A stretch of 63,313 nucleotides of DNA, counting the filler, from Nemertoderma westbladi (lineage: Eukaryota; Animalia; Xenacoelomorpha), in the NCBI GenBank assembly GCA_032718475.1. It is 3 parts of 3 records of this genome, joined end to end, with 100 filler letters (N's around TTAATTAATTAA, not from the genome) between each part and the next. Parts side by side here need not be neighbours in the genome. Positions count along the whole stretch, not along the records: positions 32,757 to 63,313 come from JAUCBJ010000061.1; 2 more parts are not named here. The stretch is one strand, 5' to 3'. Position numbers and translations under genes: made by a program. Below are positions 47,463 to 60,992 of this stretch, in pieces; the first letter of the stretch is position 1, and each line of letters begins with the position of its first letter. Below the pieces are notes generated by a model. It worked only from the letters and a program-made list of their open reading frames with translations, was not told the DNA's origin and ran no database searches.

Positions 47463-50400
47463 ATGGCTCAAGAAAGCTTTACATGTCAGATGGCTAGAAC
47501 GGAAGCCCGTCAAGCGGTAAAGGTGGGAGAGGTCGTCCAGTTTAATGGAGATGAGATGAAATGGTTACCTTTTAATGAATATTACAAAGATAACATACAG
47601 AACTCCGTACTATCCAGCGGAGAGAAACTACGATTCCTCATCGAGCGCTTGGAAGGACCTCCCAAGTTAATGGCGTTAAAGTTTATTGGACATCCAGACG
47701 GATTGAGACAAGTTTGGGATACACTTAATATCAGGTATGGTAATAGGACTAATATAGCTAGATATCTGTATGCGAAATTAGTAGCGCCCCGAAAGTTTCT
47801 TTGCAGCGGGATTATAGAGTTTTCCGATGAGATTCAGGAGATCTGTAGACAGCTAGACTGGTTGGGTAAGTCTCAGGAATACCAGATTTCTATGGTTGTC
47901 GGAGCCGTAGCATCAACTTTGCCAAAGGGTGGAGTAGGTACTCGCTGGGACAAAAAGGTTCTCTATCTGATGGACCAACAACATAGAGACCCAACCATGG
48001 CTGACCTCATGTTGTTCTTAAACGTAGAGGTAAGATTACAGCTCCTAAAACAGTCTAGAGAGAAGACTCCGGAAAGTAAGGTAAGTGAAAAACCTGTTAC
48101 TAGGAGAAAGGTAACACCAGTGTGTTATACAGATGATTACGAAAGCCAAACGTCTTATGACGAGAATAGTGGCAAGGACACCGAGAGATCTTACTACGTA
48201 AATAAGATCAGGAAAGACGTAAGTAAATCTAAGGCTCGAACCAGTGGCAAGAGGGAACAGATGACAACTCCCCCGACGTCTCCTAAGAGAATTCATGGAA
48301 GGAAGCCCAAAGAAAGAGCTAGTGTACAAAATACAATGCAGGTTAAGGTAAGTAACATCAAACCTAAGTGTGTATTGTGCGACGGGCCACATTGCTTGAG
48401 TGGGTGTGAAGAATTCTTAAAGAAAGAACTAAAGGATAGACGTGATTCATGTGGGATAAACGGTTATGCTATAACTGCCTCAGGCAAGGACATCAAAGGA
48501 AAACCTGTTACTCAGACGCGAGGTGTGCTAAGTGTGGCGCGAAACATCATATCTTGCTGCACACCGAGTTTGATAAGACCCGGACGAGTCAGGTAAGTGA
48601 GCCCGAACTACATGTCCAATTCAGTGATGTGAACAACACTGACCACAGTTCGGAGATGGAAGGATTCTACACCGATGAATTTTCAGACGAAAATGAATCC
48701 TGTTATATGATCAACACAACCGTATATCGAGCACTTACGTATGAGACCGAAACGGAGGGAGAAGAACCCCGACTGTCTATTCCGGATCAACAGCTCTCAT
48801 GGAAAGCGCCAACATCATCTGTCGGTATCCTAGAGTTCCCCGTGGTGCAACTGAGAGTACATGGAATAGGGAAGAGCTTAATAGTGAATGCCTTGCTTGA
48901 CTCCGGCAGTACAGGCACCTTTATAGACAAAGACTTAGCCGAAGATATCTTTGTTGGTCAACCAAAGTTCCGAACCAAACTGAACCTTTCCGGAATTATG
49001 CAGGTTTGGAAATCTACGGTATCAACTGACTACTACGTGGGATCGTTGTCCACTCCCCAGGATGAACTAGGTGAAAATAGTGTAAGGTCAGTTAAAATGG
49101 TGGTGATAATTAACTTTGCTACTAGCCAAGTGGAGCCTTACAACTGGGATGAAGATCATTTTACCCAGCAATACAACATACCTAGATTCAGTACCGATTA
49201 TCCAGGGGTACAGATACTACTCGGCCAAAATGCGCACGAGGCGCTTGAGATAATAGAAAAACGGCCTGCTCGACCATGACCACTCCAGACCTACGCGGGA
49301 AGAACAAGAGTGGGTTGGTACTTCACGGGACCTTCCCATAGGACTTTGCAAGAAAGACTCCCAAGAGAGCAAGTCCATCAGGTAAATGAATGTGAGGAAG
49401 ATATAAGTGAAGAGGAAATCACAGCTGAGGAAACCCCATGCTCCTCAGATAACGACGATATACAGAATTTGTATGACAAGGAAAATACCATTGAACTCCT
49501 CACTGAGAATCAAACTTGGTTAAACCAAGTTAACTTGTGTAACCTTATCGGTCAAAATAGCGAACAATTGATTTATGACGACGAACTAAATGAAGCGGTA
49601 GAGCGGTACAATAGTAAGGTACGCGATGAACACGCCGTACGATTCTTTAATCAAGAAGCCGTAGAGCCTAATTCCTACGACAAAGCCTTATCCATCGAGG
49701 AAGAGAGAGCCAAGCAGATTCAGGAAACAACTACACGTTATCTGAAAGATGAGGGTCGTTATGAAATTGGTCTGCCTTTAGGGTCGTTATGAAATTGGTC
49801 TGCCTTTCAGACGGAGAGAATCCAGCTTCGTGAATAATCGACCTTTAGTGGAAAAAAGAATCACACAACAGCATCGGCATTTCACGGCTAACAATTGAGC
49901 CAAAGAAATGTATAAGACTCAATTAAAGAAGTTTATAGACAAGGGATATGCGGAGCGAGTTCCAGAAGAAACACCCATAACGGAGAGAACGTATTACTTG
50001 ACACATCATTACGTTCCCAAGCCCGGTAAACCAAACGAAGTCCGGGTAGTGTTTGACAGCTCCGCCCTTTATATGGGACAATCCCTAAATTCGGAACTGT
50101 TGCCGGGACCCAACTTACTCCAATCTTTGTTGGGAATATTATTAAGACTGCGGCAATATTCAATCGAATTCATATCGAGCCCCTCGAACGCTTGTTTGGT
50201 AGTGCGCACCACTGCCGATGATAATAGAGATGCCTTCTCTAAAGAGGTTATTGACAACATCAAACGGGATATTTATATGGATGACAATTTAAAGTCCCTC
50301 CCATCGGTGGAAGAAGCAATCGATGTTGCCAAGGGAACGGTAGAGTGCTTACAACGAGGTGGATTTCGCCTAACCAAATTCACTAGTAACTCCCGTGAGT

Positions 50401-52711
50401 TCCTGGAATCGATCCCAGTAGAAGACTGAGGTGTTAAAGACCTTGACCTCATTAAGGACGATCTTCCAGAAACCAAGACTCTTGGACTGAAATGGGACAC
50501 GGTGAGAGATATTTTATTCTTTCAACTGAAGCAACGGGATAATCCAGTTAGAACTAAATGGATTTGTCTGAGTATTCTGAGCATTTATTTCGATCCGTTG
50601 GGATTCATTAGCCCAGTCATACTAGTTGCTCGGAGCTTAGTACAACAAATGTGGCTCGAAAACCACTCGTGGGATGATCCACTCAAGGGAGAACTGCTAA
50701 AAAAGTGGATGAAATGGGAAGATTCTTTACCATCTATCGAGAACTTTAAGATTTCCCGCTCGTATTTCGGTCACGTTCTCCCCACATATTCCTATCAACT
50801 CCATGTTTTTGGAGATGCCAGCGATATTGGAATAGGTATAGTAGCCTACCTGAGGGTTGAAACTCCCGATGGAATTAAAGTTTCATTAGCCACCTCCAAG
50901 GCCCTAATAAACAACAAACTGCGGTCGGCCGGACAGCCATCGGCCAGAATGTAACGGAACAGATCGACTATCCACTAGAGAAAACTGTCTATTGGACTGA
51001 TACTTTACTCGTTCTGGAGTATATAACTAATGAAGTCTGTCAGTTCAGCGTCTTTGTTACCAACAGAGTAGCCATTATACTCAGTCGCTCTAATATAGAT
51101 CAATGGAGACATTGCCCTGGGATGATTAATCCAGCTGACATCGCTTCCAGAGGAGCAACTCCTCAAGAATTGATAGATACTCCAGACTGGTTAGGTGGAC
51201 CCGACTTCCTAGGTAAAGAAGAGGAGGAATGGCCCCCTCATCTCACCAAGGGGGAGATCAGACAAGCCAAGGGAACGGAGAAAGTCAAACCGAAAACCCG
51301 GACGAGTAAATCAAAGCTGTTTAAGCCAGCGATAGATCTGTCTGTGCTACACACCGCCGGTGATGCCACTGTGGATCTAAATTCATCCATGGATGCTACT
51401 TGAACTATAAATAAATCCGTTATAGAAATCAGAGAAAGAGACTGGAAATCTGGAACACCAGACGTCTCCCAAGGACTTTCTCCTCTTCTACAAAGGGCGA
51501 TAGATCATTACAGCTCCTGGAATCGGCTTTGCAAGGCCATTGTGTATCTGAAAAGATGTTCCCATCATCACTATTCCAGGACGAAAATCGCTAATGATAC
51601 CTCTCCAGTAGTAGCTGAAAAGGTCCATGCTACTAAAGACCTTCCCACTTATCGGCTGTCTGATAGGTTTGTGACTGAGAAGATCAGTTACCAAGAACAT
51701 GATGATACCAACAAGCAGATACTGAGACTCCTGCAATGTTACGAGGATTCCGATAAGTATTTCCTGTTGTTAAGAAATCCACAGATGCTCTTAAGGGATC
51801 GCTTCTCTAGCACAATGATAGATGGGTTAATCCGTGTCGGAGGGAGATTAACCAATGCTCCATTGTCCTTTGACACTAAGTTTCCCATACTCATTAGAAA
51901 TCTTGAAATACAAATCAAGATGATTGTAGATATTCATAGTAAACTTTACCACTCTGGTAGAGAATGAGTTCTTAGCAAAATTCGAACATGCTATTATTTC
52001 CATAAGCCCCGTAGAGCTCTAAACCAAGTTCTTAGGAACTGTATACCCTGTAGGAAAGCATTCAGTAGGCCTTTAACACAGCGAGAGGCAGAATTACCTA
52101 GGGAACGAGTAAGCTGTTATGAACCACCCTTTACTAATACTGGTGTGGATTTATTTGGCCCTATTGAAGTATATTGTGCTAGGACTATAGTCAAGCGATG
52201 GTGCATCATCTTTGTCTGTATGACTTGTAGAGCGATCCATCTAGATATGGTGAACGATCTATCTACCAACAGCTTCATATTGAGTTTACGCCGACAAATC
52301 GCTCATTTTGGGACTAGCAACACTATGAAATCTGATAAAGGAACTATAAGAGATTATCTTCCTACGGTATAACTTTGAACAAAGTGGTTTGCGCAGCAAG
52401 AAAACGTCAGCGCCGGAGACATGGTCCTTATCGTGGAATCAGATCTTCCCCGTAAGAGGTGGCAGACAGGTCGTATCATCGAGACTCATATATCCGATGA
52501 TGGTTTAGTGCGATCGTTAGAACTCGTCGTCATGCGACGTAACTTTAAGAAACCTGGAATTGTGTTCGAAATGCAACAACTTAATCACCCGGTTGGTCGT
52601 TTATGTTTACTGGAAAGAGACCGAGAGTTGTCCGGTAACTATGGAAGGCAAGAGACTCTTCCCACGACCACCTCCCTAATCCAACAAACATCTAGGGACT
52701 CCCCAATGTAA
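47463..52711 (+). pseudogene. BEL/Pao gag-pol with frameshifts, stops and deletions
   Basis: Gag FNGD...W..F and three Cys-His boxes (CVLCDGPH, CYNCLRQGH, CAKCGAKHHILLH); protease LLDSGS; RT RVVFDSS, LNSELLPGP, YMDD; RNase H LHVFGDAS, NPADIASRG; integrase DLFGP, RAIHLD; C-terminal W..GRI...DGLVRS. Confidence 0.95.
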
Positions 52712-53701
52712 CAGCGTTTGGAGTGGGTATGTGACTACATTATTTTATTTTTTTTTATTTTTATATTTATGTATGCATTATTATGTAATTTCTATTATTA
52801 TGATCGTTTTCTTTAATTTTATTTAGTAGAATAATATTTTAATGATTATTCAGTAGATTAGGGCAATATTTTTTTGGTGTTTTATTACTTAATTACTTAG
52901 TATAATATATTTTGTTAATGGCGAGAAATAATTTCATTTTCTCTTTCCTTACTGTCCGTATCATACTATAAATACGTGACTACAGTAAGATGAAATGTCA
53001 GTACTTACTAAAGTACAATATACCGCTCCTACTATACTTAGGTATTATTGGTAAAGTAGAGTATTAGGAATGCAAAGTTCAGATCCTTGTGTCTCGGCTA
53101 AACCAAGCTCTGGGTAGACCTTGGAAACGACTTGCCTCTTCTCACTGACATTGCTTCTTGCAATATTGCTCTCATACCGTATCTTAAATAATACATATAG
53201 TAGGAATATGTCCATTTAACAGTAGCGTTGAAACTCGCGCAAAATAAATCTGTTAAACCCTTTGACCATCTGAAATTCTAGTCGATTAAGATATCGCGGC
53301 ACCCACCGATATACTTGAAAGAAAAAGTTCTAGAATCAGTGGTTAACGTCCCCAGACATGTTCTGGAATAAATCGGTGCCCATCCTAAATATTAAATATT
53401 TGATAAATATTTACAACGTTTGTTATAACAAATGTTAAAATAGAGGAAATGCTAACAAATCTGTTAAGTACTTACCGATACTCTTAAAAGACAAAATTCT
53501 GGAATTAAGGATCCTAGTCCCCAGACATGTTCTGGAATAAAACTATGTCTATTTTAATATCAAATAATAAAATTCATGGGAATAAATTTTTAAATTCATA
53601 TCCTCTCATGAATTTAATAAATTGTCATATTATACAATTTATAAACATTCCCAAAATTCCGTTAATTAATAGATCATGGGAGCGGAGATTCACCCTATTA
53701 A

Positions 53702-55261
53702 CCCTATTAAACCCGGGGGGGGGGGTCAATATGACCCCTCCCGTGGTTTTTTTATTATAATTCTGAAACAAACGCAGTTGGGAATCTGAAATTTTATGAA
53801 TTTTCTTAAAAATCTATTGTCTACCTAGTAGTGAAAACCGTTTTCAAAAATATTGGGTACTTTTCGAGTTATAGCACCATATTTTAACCCTACTTTTGGC
53901 ACTTTTTTTGAGACGTTTTTTGAAAATTACATTTCATTAAATATGAATTGTAACATCTCTATTTTTGATTTACACCGGTTTTTTGGTGTTAGAAATTGGA
54001 TGGAATTCATATAAATTGATTTAGAAATTTAAAACTTTTTTTTTCGGTGGGTGCCAAATTTTGGTGCAGGCACCAAATTTTGAAATAAGTCAATTTTGTA
54101 AATTGATTGTTTGAAACTTGTTTTTTACGTAATTGGGGTTTTTTGGGGTTCTGGATTCGATGAAATATATACGAGTTGCACCAAGCGTATCAAACTTGTA
54201 TTTTTCGGTGCTGTGTGCAAATTTTGGTGCTAGCACGAAATTTTGAAAATCCATTCAATAGATAAAATTGCTTGTGACAATTTATTTCTTGCGGTTTAGA
54301 GGTTTATGGCTGTTCTGAATTCAATGGAAAATATAATTATCGAACTGGACATCTCAAACTTGTATTTTTCGGATGTGGGTGCAAAATGTGGTGCTGGCAC
54401 CAAATTTTGAAAACCATCAAATATATCAATTGATTGTGTCACCTTGTTTCTTGCGTTATACGGGTTTGTGATGGTTCTGAATTCAATGGAATCAGTAAAA
54501 ATTTCATAAGAGTTCTCAAACTTGTATTTTTCGCCGGTGGGTGAAAATTGTTGTGCCAGCACCAAATTTTGGAAAATATGCAAATTGATAAGTAGATAGT
54601 ATCGCCTTGTTTCTTGCGTTATACGGGTTTATGAGGGTCCTGAATCCGATGGAATCAATAAAAACAGCACTGGACATCGCAAACTTGTACTTTTTGGTGA
54701 TGGGTACGAAATTTGGTGCTAGCACCAAAATTTGCCAAATTACGCCGAAAAATACAAGTAGCAATGATCTGGCATATTAGAAATGTATTCCATTAGAATC
54801 AGCGCCCTAGAAAACCTGAAAATGTGAATTTATAGCATCGTATAAGTGAATTAAAAATTTTGTGTTCTAACTGAAAAGTGCTGGTTACTTTGTTTTTTTC
54901 ATTTTTTTCCTACGCAGTGAGGACTAAACAGCCATTTATAGTAATCATATCATTTTTTAATATTTTCCAATGTATTTTGCACCCCAGAAAACCTGTATTA
55001 AAAATATTTAGCCGAAAATGTAACTTTCAAATTTTGTGAAAATTGTGCACTACTTGTAATTTTGGTGCTGCAATATAACCACCCCAGTACATTTTTTCGA
55101 AATTTTTTTTTTTCGGTCGGATCCAGACAAGTGATACCTACGTACAAACAAAAAATCAGACGTTTTCGTAAATATTTGTAGATTTTAGAGGGGGGGGTAA
55201 ATATGACCCCCCCCCCCCCCCCGGTATTTGTACAACATTTTATAGCCCGGTACTAATAGGG
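53702..55261. mobile_element. Non-autonomous piggyBac-like element inside the BEL element
   Basis: TTAA|CCCTATTA...TAATAGGG|TTAA; internal diverged tandem repeats of about 163 bp. Confidence 0.85.
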
Positions 55262-55909
55262 TTAAGTATATCAGTGTGAGAGAATCTCCAGTGTATAGTC
55301 AATAGCCGATAAAATTCATAAAATCATGTATAAGGGGGATATTGACAATTAAAGAGTCATTATTAAATAGCATCCCAGATCTGTATGCATGAGAAATACC
55401 CTAATTCTACCGCTAGCTTTGCATAATGTCACCATAGTAACAACCACGCTAGAATTAGAAGTGAGTTAAAAGAACAATAGAAAGCTTGCCCCATTGAATA
55501 GCATGCGTAATAAATAGCACTTGCTAGTATCTAGGGATACATAATAATAACGTGGCATTCTGGAAGGCATCTGACTAATGTACAAATTGTGGCAGGAATG
55601 TGGAATTTGTGTATTTATAGGTGATGTTGCTACTAAAGTGTGTTTACAGTAGCGAGTCGCAGTTGTGAAAGTTACCCTGCATCTGTAGCAAGTACCTCCA
55701 GTATATTCAAGCCCTTGGGACGGACAGTGGAGTGACTCGCGCTGGTTATTGTTGTCATTGCGTGGCTACTACGTTGGCGAGGGGCACAGCGACGACAGTA
55801 CATCAGCGCTGAGGAACTCAGGGCTGTCCGGGGGCATAGAGGGGAAGGCAGCGACGCCCGCTAGCCTTATTATTATTAACTATAATATCGATAAACTCAT
55901 ATAGCAGCT

Positions 55910-58571
55910 ATGACTGAGTTGATAGAAGATGATCTTGGTATCAGGGAGCGATATACCCTACCACTGCAAGCGTTTGTTGATAGTTTGATAATCGGCGATG
56001 TGATTCAACACACGACGGAAGACGATGGCCATTATATTGAACCACCAATGTCAAAGGAACAGCTCAAGCGTGAATTGGACTATAGAAAATTCACCGCTCG
56101 CTATACGCATCGTAATGGTACGTATATGGACTTCTTAACTACTGGTCATCCTATCGATTTACACGATACGGACGATGTAGACACCGAAAGGGAAATGATT
56201 CTATTTAAATATCATGCCCAGCGAAGTTGGAATGATAAACTGAGAATTGAACATGAAAATTCGATTCAAAACCGACTCGAAAGAGAAGATGTTGAAGAAC
56301 CGGACAAGCGTAGTGACTTTAACGAATATTTAGAGTTCTTGAGAGAAACTTATCTCAATGTAGCTAGTCAGCAAAATCTCGAAACTCGATATCCTCAAGG
56401 TATACATCATAACCCTATGATGGAGCTTAAACGGCTTAAACGGCTTAAACTTAATATTTTACTATGATGTATCTTACCGCCGATCGACCGCTACCTGTTG
56501 TACCGGATAGCTTCGAACAGATGGAGGAATTGAACATGAAACTTCTATTCAAAACCGACTCGAAAGAGAAGATGTTGAAGAACCGGACAAGCGTAGTGAC
56601 TTTAACGGATATTTAGAGTTCTTGAGAGAAACTTATCTCAATGTAGCTAGTCAGCAAAATCTCGAAACTCGATATCCTCAAGGTATACATCATAACCCTA
56701 TGATGGAGCTTAAACGTCTTAAACGGCTTAAACTTAATATTTTACTATGATGTATCTTACCACCAATCGACCGCTACCTGTTGTACCGGATAGCTTCGAA
56801 CAGATGGAGGAATATTGTAAAACTGGAGAAAGATCACCAGCGTTTCTCTTACAAGACGTGCGTCTTTGGTATTACTGCGATGAATGCCCTAGACCCAATC
56901 AACAAACGGAAAGACATAAACATCCGCAGAGATGTAGCGCTAAACACAGTTTTACTCGCCATACTTACGGGAGTTTTGAGCGAAACTTGTTTGACGTACC
57001 ACCTACGCTCACTCGACTCAAACGATCCTTAAATAAACCAATGATCAGAGTTCCGGAATACTCGGTCAGACCTCCTCATTCCCTGGTGCTACCTCAGACT
57101 TCTTGATCCTAATAGTATGACGGATCCTCCTGAGTTGTACTCATTGTTCAAAGACCTAGTGTTACCCAAACAATTAATCAGTGGCACTCCGGTTGTGGGC
57201 TCTCTAGACATTCGCCCATCCTACCTACCCGGATTGGGATGTGGACATTTAATATCGCCGTTCAACCCGTATAATCGTCCCGGTTTAACTCCGATACAAC
57301 CTGTCACCGAGGTGGAGGAACGCATTGTACAAAACGCGCTGGACGCTATTCGGCAAAAGATGGGAAAGGGAACCTACGATTGTTTAGACAGATGTAAATT
57401 GCAACAACAAGTCCAAGCGTAAAGGAATTAGCTTTACCCCAGTTCGATCGTGAAATCCAGAATCTTGAGGAAGATATCGAACTTGGACGAACATACTCTC
57501 TGCAAGAGTTCTTGGACGAACGCTTTCAATGACAAGCGGAGGAGAATCAGCTCGAGGAGAAGCATATCGAAATGGATGAGAGAGAAGAAGCAGCTTTAGC
57601 CCAACAAGAAGCTCAAATCCTTATGACTGATCTCTATTCCAAAACCATCATTCATCCTTCGATGGCTCCCCATTTCGGAGATAAACTCTTCGCGACAGCA
57701 CAACCTCAACCGGTTGATATCAACTTAAGATCTAGAGACCTTATCGCTGACGCTCCTATGTTACAACATCCGCCAATCGAGGCTGCTCGTGTCGATGGTA
57801 TACTCATTGAACCTCCGGACAATCGAGCGGATCTTGTCCGTCGTATGGTACAAAAGGTTAACCTACGCGCTAGACCTTTGCCGAACTCATTTTACGGGAT
57901 CAAAGATCACCCCTATTATGTCCATTTAACTCAATATTATATGGTGAAACTGAAAGATCCAACACATAGTTTAAAGTTTCTACCATTAATAAATCCTCTC
58001 GATTTGGTTGAACTCAAACAACTACAAAAACATTTAGATCAATTGGTTAAAGTAAACTCATTCAGAAAACCTTATAATGTTTCAAGAATAGAAAAGGACG
58101 TAATACCTCCGTATAATCTCTATGGATTTATTAAAACTCATTAGTCCATTGGAATTTATATGTATTGTTCAAGGAATAAAGAATACGTTGACTTGTTCAT
58201 AAACTCACATCCTGAGTTACAAGAAGTTCATAGAAGACCATATAAATATAAAGCCAGAGAACGCAAATTAGAGAGAACAATCAAACCGAGGAAATTTCTC
58301 ACTACACACGGTCAACCTACCACTGTCGTTTAAACGACCCATCAAGGACCAGTAAGAGCTGCCGTCCCGATCCACCAATGTCGACATCGATCAACCGGGT
58401 ACCTCGACCGGCAGATACACCGACCATAATCCAAAACCTTCTGATGCAATCGTATTGCACCCTTCCCCCAGGAGTTATAGCACTCCTAGTAAAGTGGCTC
58501 GCCCCAAAGAGAAAAAGGCTCTTACTAGTCTCAAAAAACTTCGTAAATGCCATTCGCGAAAGAAGGACTGA
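55910..58571 (+). pseudogene. Extra ORF of the BEL/Pao element, unknown function, decayed
   Basis: Consecutive same-strand ORF pieces (55910, 56747, 57117, 57572) join through frameshifts and single stops; contains a 283-bp tandem duplication; ends about 80 bp before the 3' LTR. Confidence 0.7.
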
Positions 58572-58649
58572 TAGTTTAGAGTATTTTTATATTTTAGAAA
58601 CTGTGATTTTTTATATTTTATAGACTTAAATCCCATTTTCTGGGAGCGG

Positions 58650-59758
58650 TGTAAAAGCTTTTGCGGACATAACAAGTCATTTTTACGCAATGCGTGAAAT
58701 ACTCTAAAATAGCCCTAAAATTGTTCAACTACGCGTCGGTCAGAAATTAGAACCAAGATGACGAAATCTGTCAGCTGATTTTTTGTGTACGTGGAGATTC
58801 CTTTGTTTGAGCCTATTCAGCCAATCAGAGCAATCTTCCCAGTTATGCCAGTAGAGACCTACCTGTGGAAACTGGCACATGCGCAGTTATAGTTTTTCTG
58901 AGAATTAGATTCCTCTCAGGATTCTGTACTAAGTAGAGACGTTTCAGACTTTGGCCCAAGAACATCTGATGGCTGGATTATAAGGACGTAAATCTATTCA
59001 CCCTGAATCACCAAACCACACCGGCACAAACTGCACCTTATCATACTGAACTTTATGAACACATACTGACTGTTCACCGCACCGTTTAATGCTGTTTTAT
59101 ATTGTGTTAATTGCTGTTTATTAATGGATGTTATATTTGGAGAATACCGATAAATAATCGTAAACCCCTCAACTTTCTTGATTACTGAGGTAACCGGAGG
59201 AAGGGTCTACCGGTAGCAACTGTGACTCAAATTATAGTGGTTTTTGTGTGAATTAAATGCTATTTCATAATCCCTATGTGTGTCAGTTGCAATCCTCCTT
59301 ATATATATGATAAAAATCAGTGACGGTCGGCAAATTAGTGTGAATTAGTGTGAAGTAGTGTGAAGTCGTGTGAAAGTTAATAAAGCATCTCCTAAAGAAT
59401 GCGCTATTTACGAGATTCCATAGCCATCTAGTTGTGATTAGTGTAAGTCATAACTCTGTTTTATACTTAAAGCTCCACGTCCCAAAGGAACTGTTAATAT
59501 TTCCCCGAAAGTAAATATAGTTGTCGGAGATTATATAGTAGCAATCAATCGAATAATACAAAGTAGCCTACACCGCAATAACTTCCTCTGGAACCCGAAT
59601 CCAGTCTCCCACACCGTGGGTCATACGCCGCGCACGGACTGGCTTCGGCGGATGTAAATTCAGTACACCAGGTAATTGGTAAGGGCAAAAGTCGATTCAT
59701 AATTAAAAAGATATTTAAATTGGCAGGTTAAACTGCTAAAGGTCTAAAAGCGCGAACA
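58650..59758 (+). repeat. 3' LTR (1109 bp)
   Basis: Direct repeat of 46213-47320. Confidence 0.96.
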
Positions 59759-59849
59759 GAAACGTTGTATACAAATGTGTAATATTGATTTTTAGAACAT
59801 GTTATTATGACATTAATTAAGAATTGAATCAGGGAGGTGATATAATGAG

Positions 59850-60090
59850 CCTCGGGAAGAATGATTAAGTGTGTTTTATGTGGCACAAATGAGATTGAAG
59901 ACGAGATGCACTTCTTATTAAAATGCAATTTTTTTCAAGACCTTCGAATCCAATTAATAAATAGTAGATTCCATCAGAGACCAACATTGGCCAAAATTAC
60001 AGTAGTGAATTAATGTTGTGTCAGCACGATTTAACTATAAAAAAAACTAGCATTGTTTGTCTTTCAGGCGATGAAAAGACGACATAGTTT
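59850..60090 (+). mobile_element. Non-LTR retrotransposon 3' relic (zinc knuckle)
   Basis: CVLCGTNEIEDEMHFLLKC..F..LR. Confidence 0.65.
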
Positions 60091-60576
60091 TTCAGTGCGT
60101 TATAACAACGCATGGAAAAGCCCACAATAATTGTTATAGGCGAATGAATGGAATTGAAAATTTGAAAATATAAAAAATAAATTTATATAATTTGATGTTG
60201 GCCAGTATTACAATTAAATAATTCGTAATTCAATAACAATAACAATATGCTACTCGTCTTGTTTATGTGCAATTTTAAAATGTCTCTTTGCATGGTATAT
60301 ACAGTATTTCATAAAAAAGTAAGTTTAACTATTTATTTACATTTTGTATACTAATAGGTCAATGGGTGTGTTCTTATAACCGTTCTTCCTACATACATGT
60401 CAATTCAAGTCTATCAATTTATTTAGAATTTGATGTGCCTATCTTCTTATCGGCAACTTCAATTCAATATGTGGTCATTGACACCATATCTTGTCCATCC
60501 TCGGACATCTTTCGAAATGCAGTTGGCCTACTGTACACATAGTAGCACCACAATTAATATCGGATTGTTTACTTAC

Positions 60577-60655
60577 TTGTTCTAATAATATATGCCGTTG
60601 CAGAGAGAGCCAATAATAGAGAAATCACTGGTCTATCTACAAAGGACATCGTCAT
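60577..60655 (-). CDS. Putative signal-peptide first exon (MTMSFVDRPVISLLLALSATAYIIRT)
   Basis: accATG start, hydrophobic core, consensus donor A|gtaagt in phase 1, compatible with the phase-1 EGF exon. Confidence 0.5.
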
Positions 60656-60992
60656 GGTTTCTGCTTTGACGTAGAACGTAGAATCTCGGGATACATTTAT
60701 TTAATGAACGTTCTTATATTCTACTGTAAGTAGGCCTACTGTACTACCAGTAGCTCAAGGTAACACTGAATAGGGATATTAGAAAATGAATAATTTAATG
60801 TGGAGAGAACAACAATAATAAACATTTGCTAAAGTTTTTGTCCCGCAGACCGCGATATATACTGTATGATATAATAGGCTAATATACATCAATAACGGGG
60901 TTTAAGGTAAATACGTAATTTTATTTCACAACATTGCCTTTTCACCTCCCCTTGCTAGAGTAGGTACAGGAATATTTTTAAAATAAGTCAGT

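Larger units (their letters stand above)
46213..59758 (+). mobile_element. BEL/Pao LTR retrotransposon, both LTRs present, coding-defective, 13.5 kb
   Basis: TG...CA LTRs, 5-bp TSD GAAAC (46208-46212, 59759-59763), short purine-rich GGGAGCGG before the 3' LTR. Confidence 0.96.
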
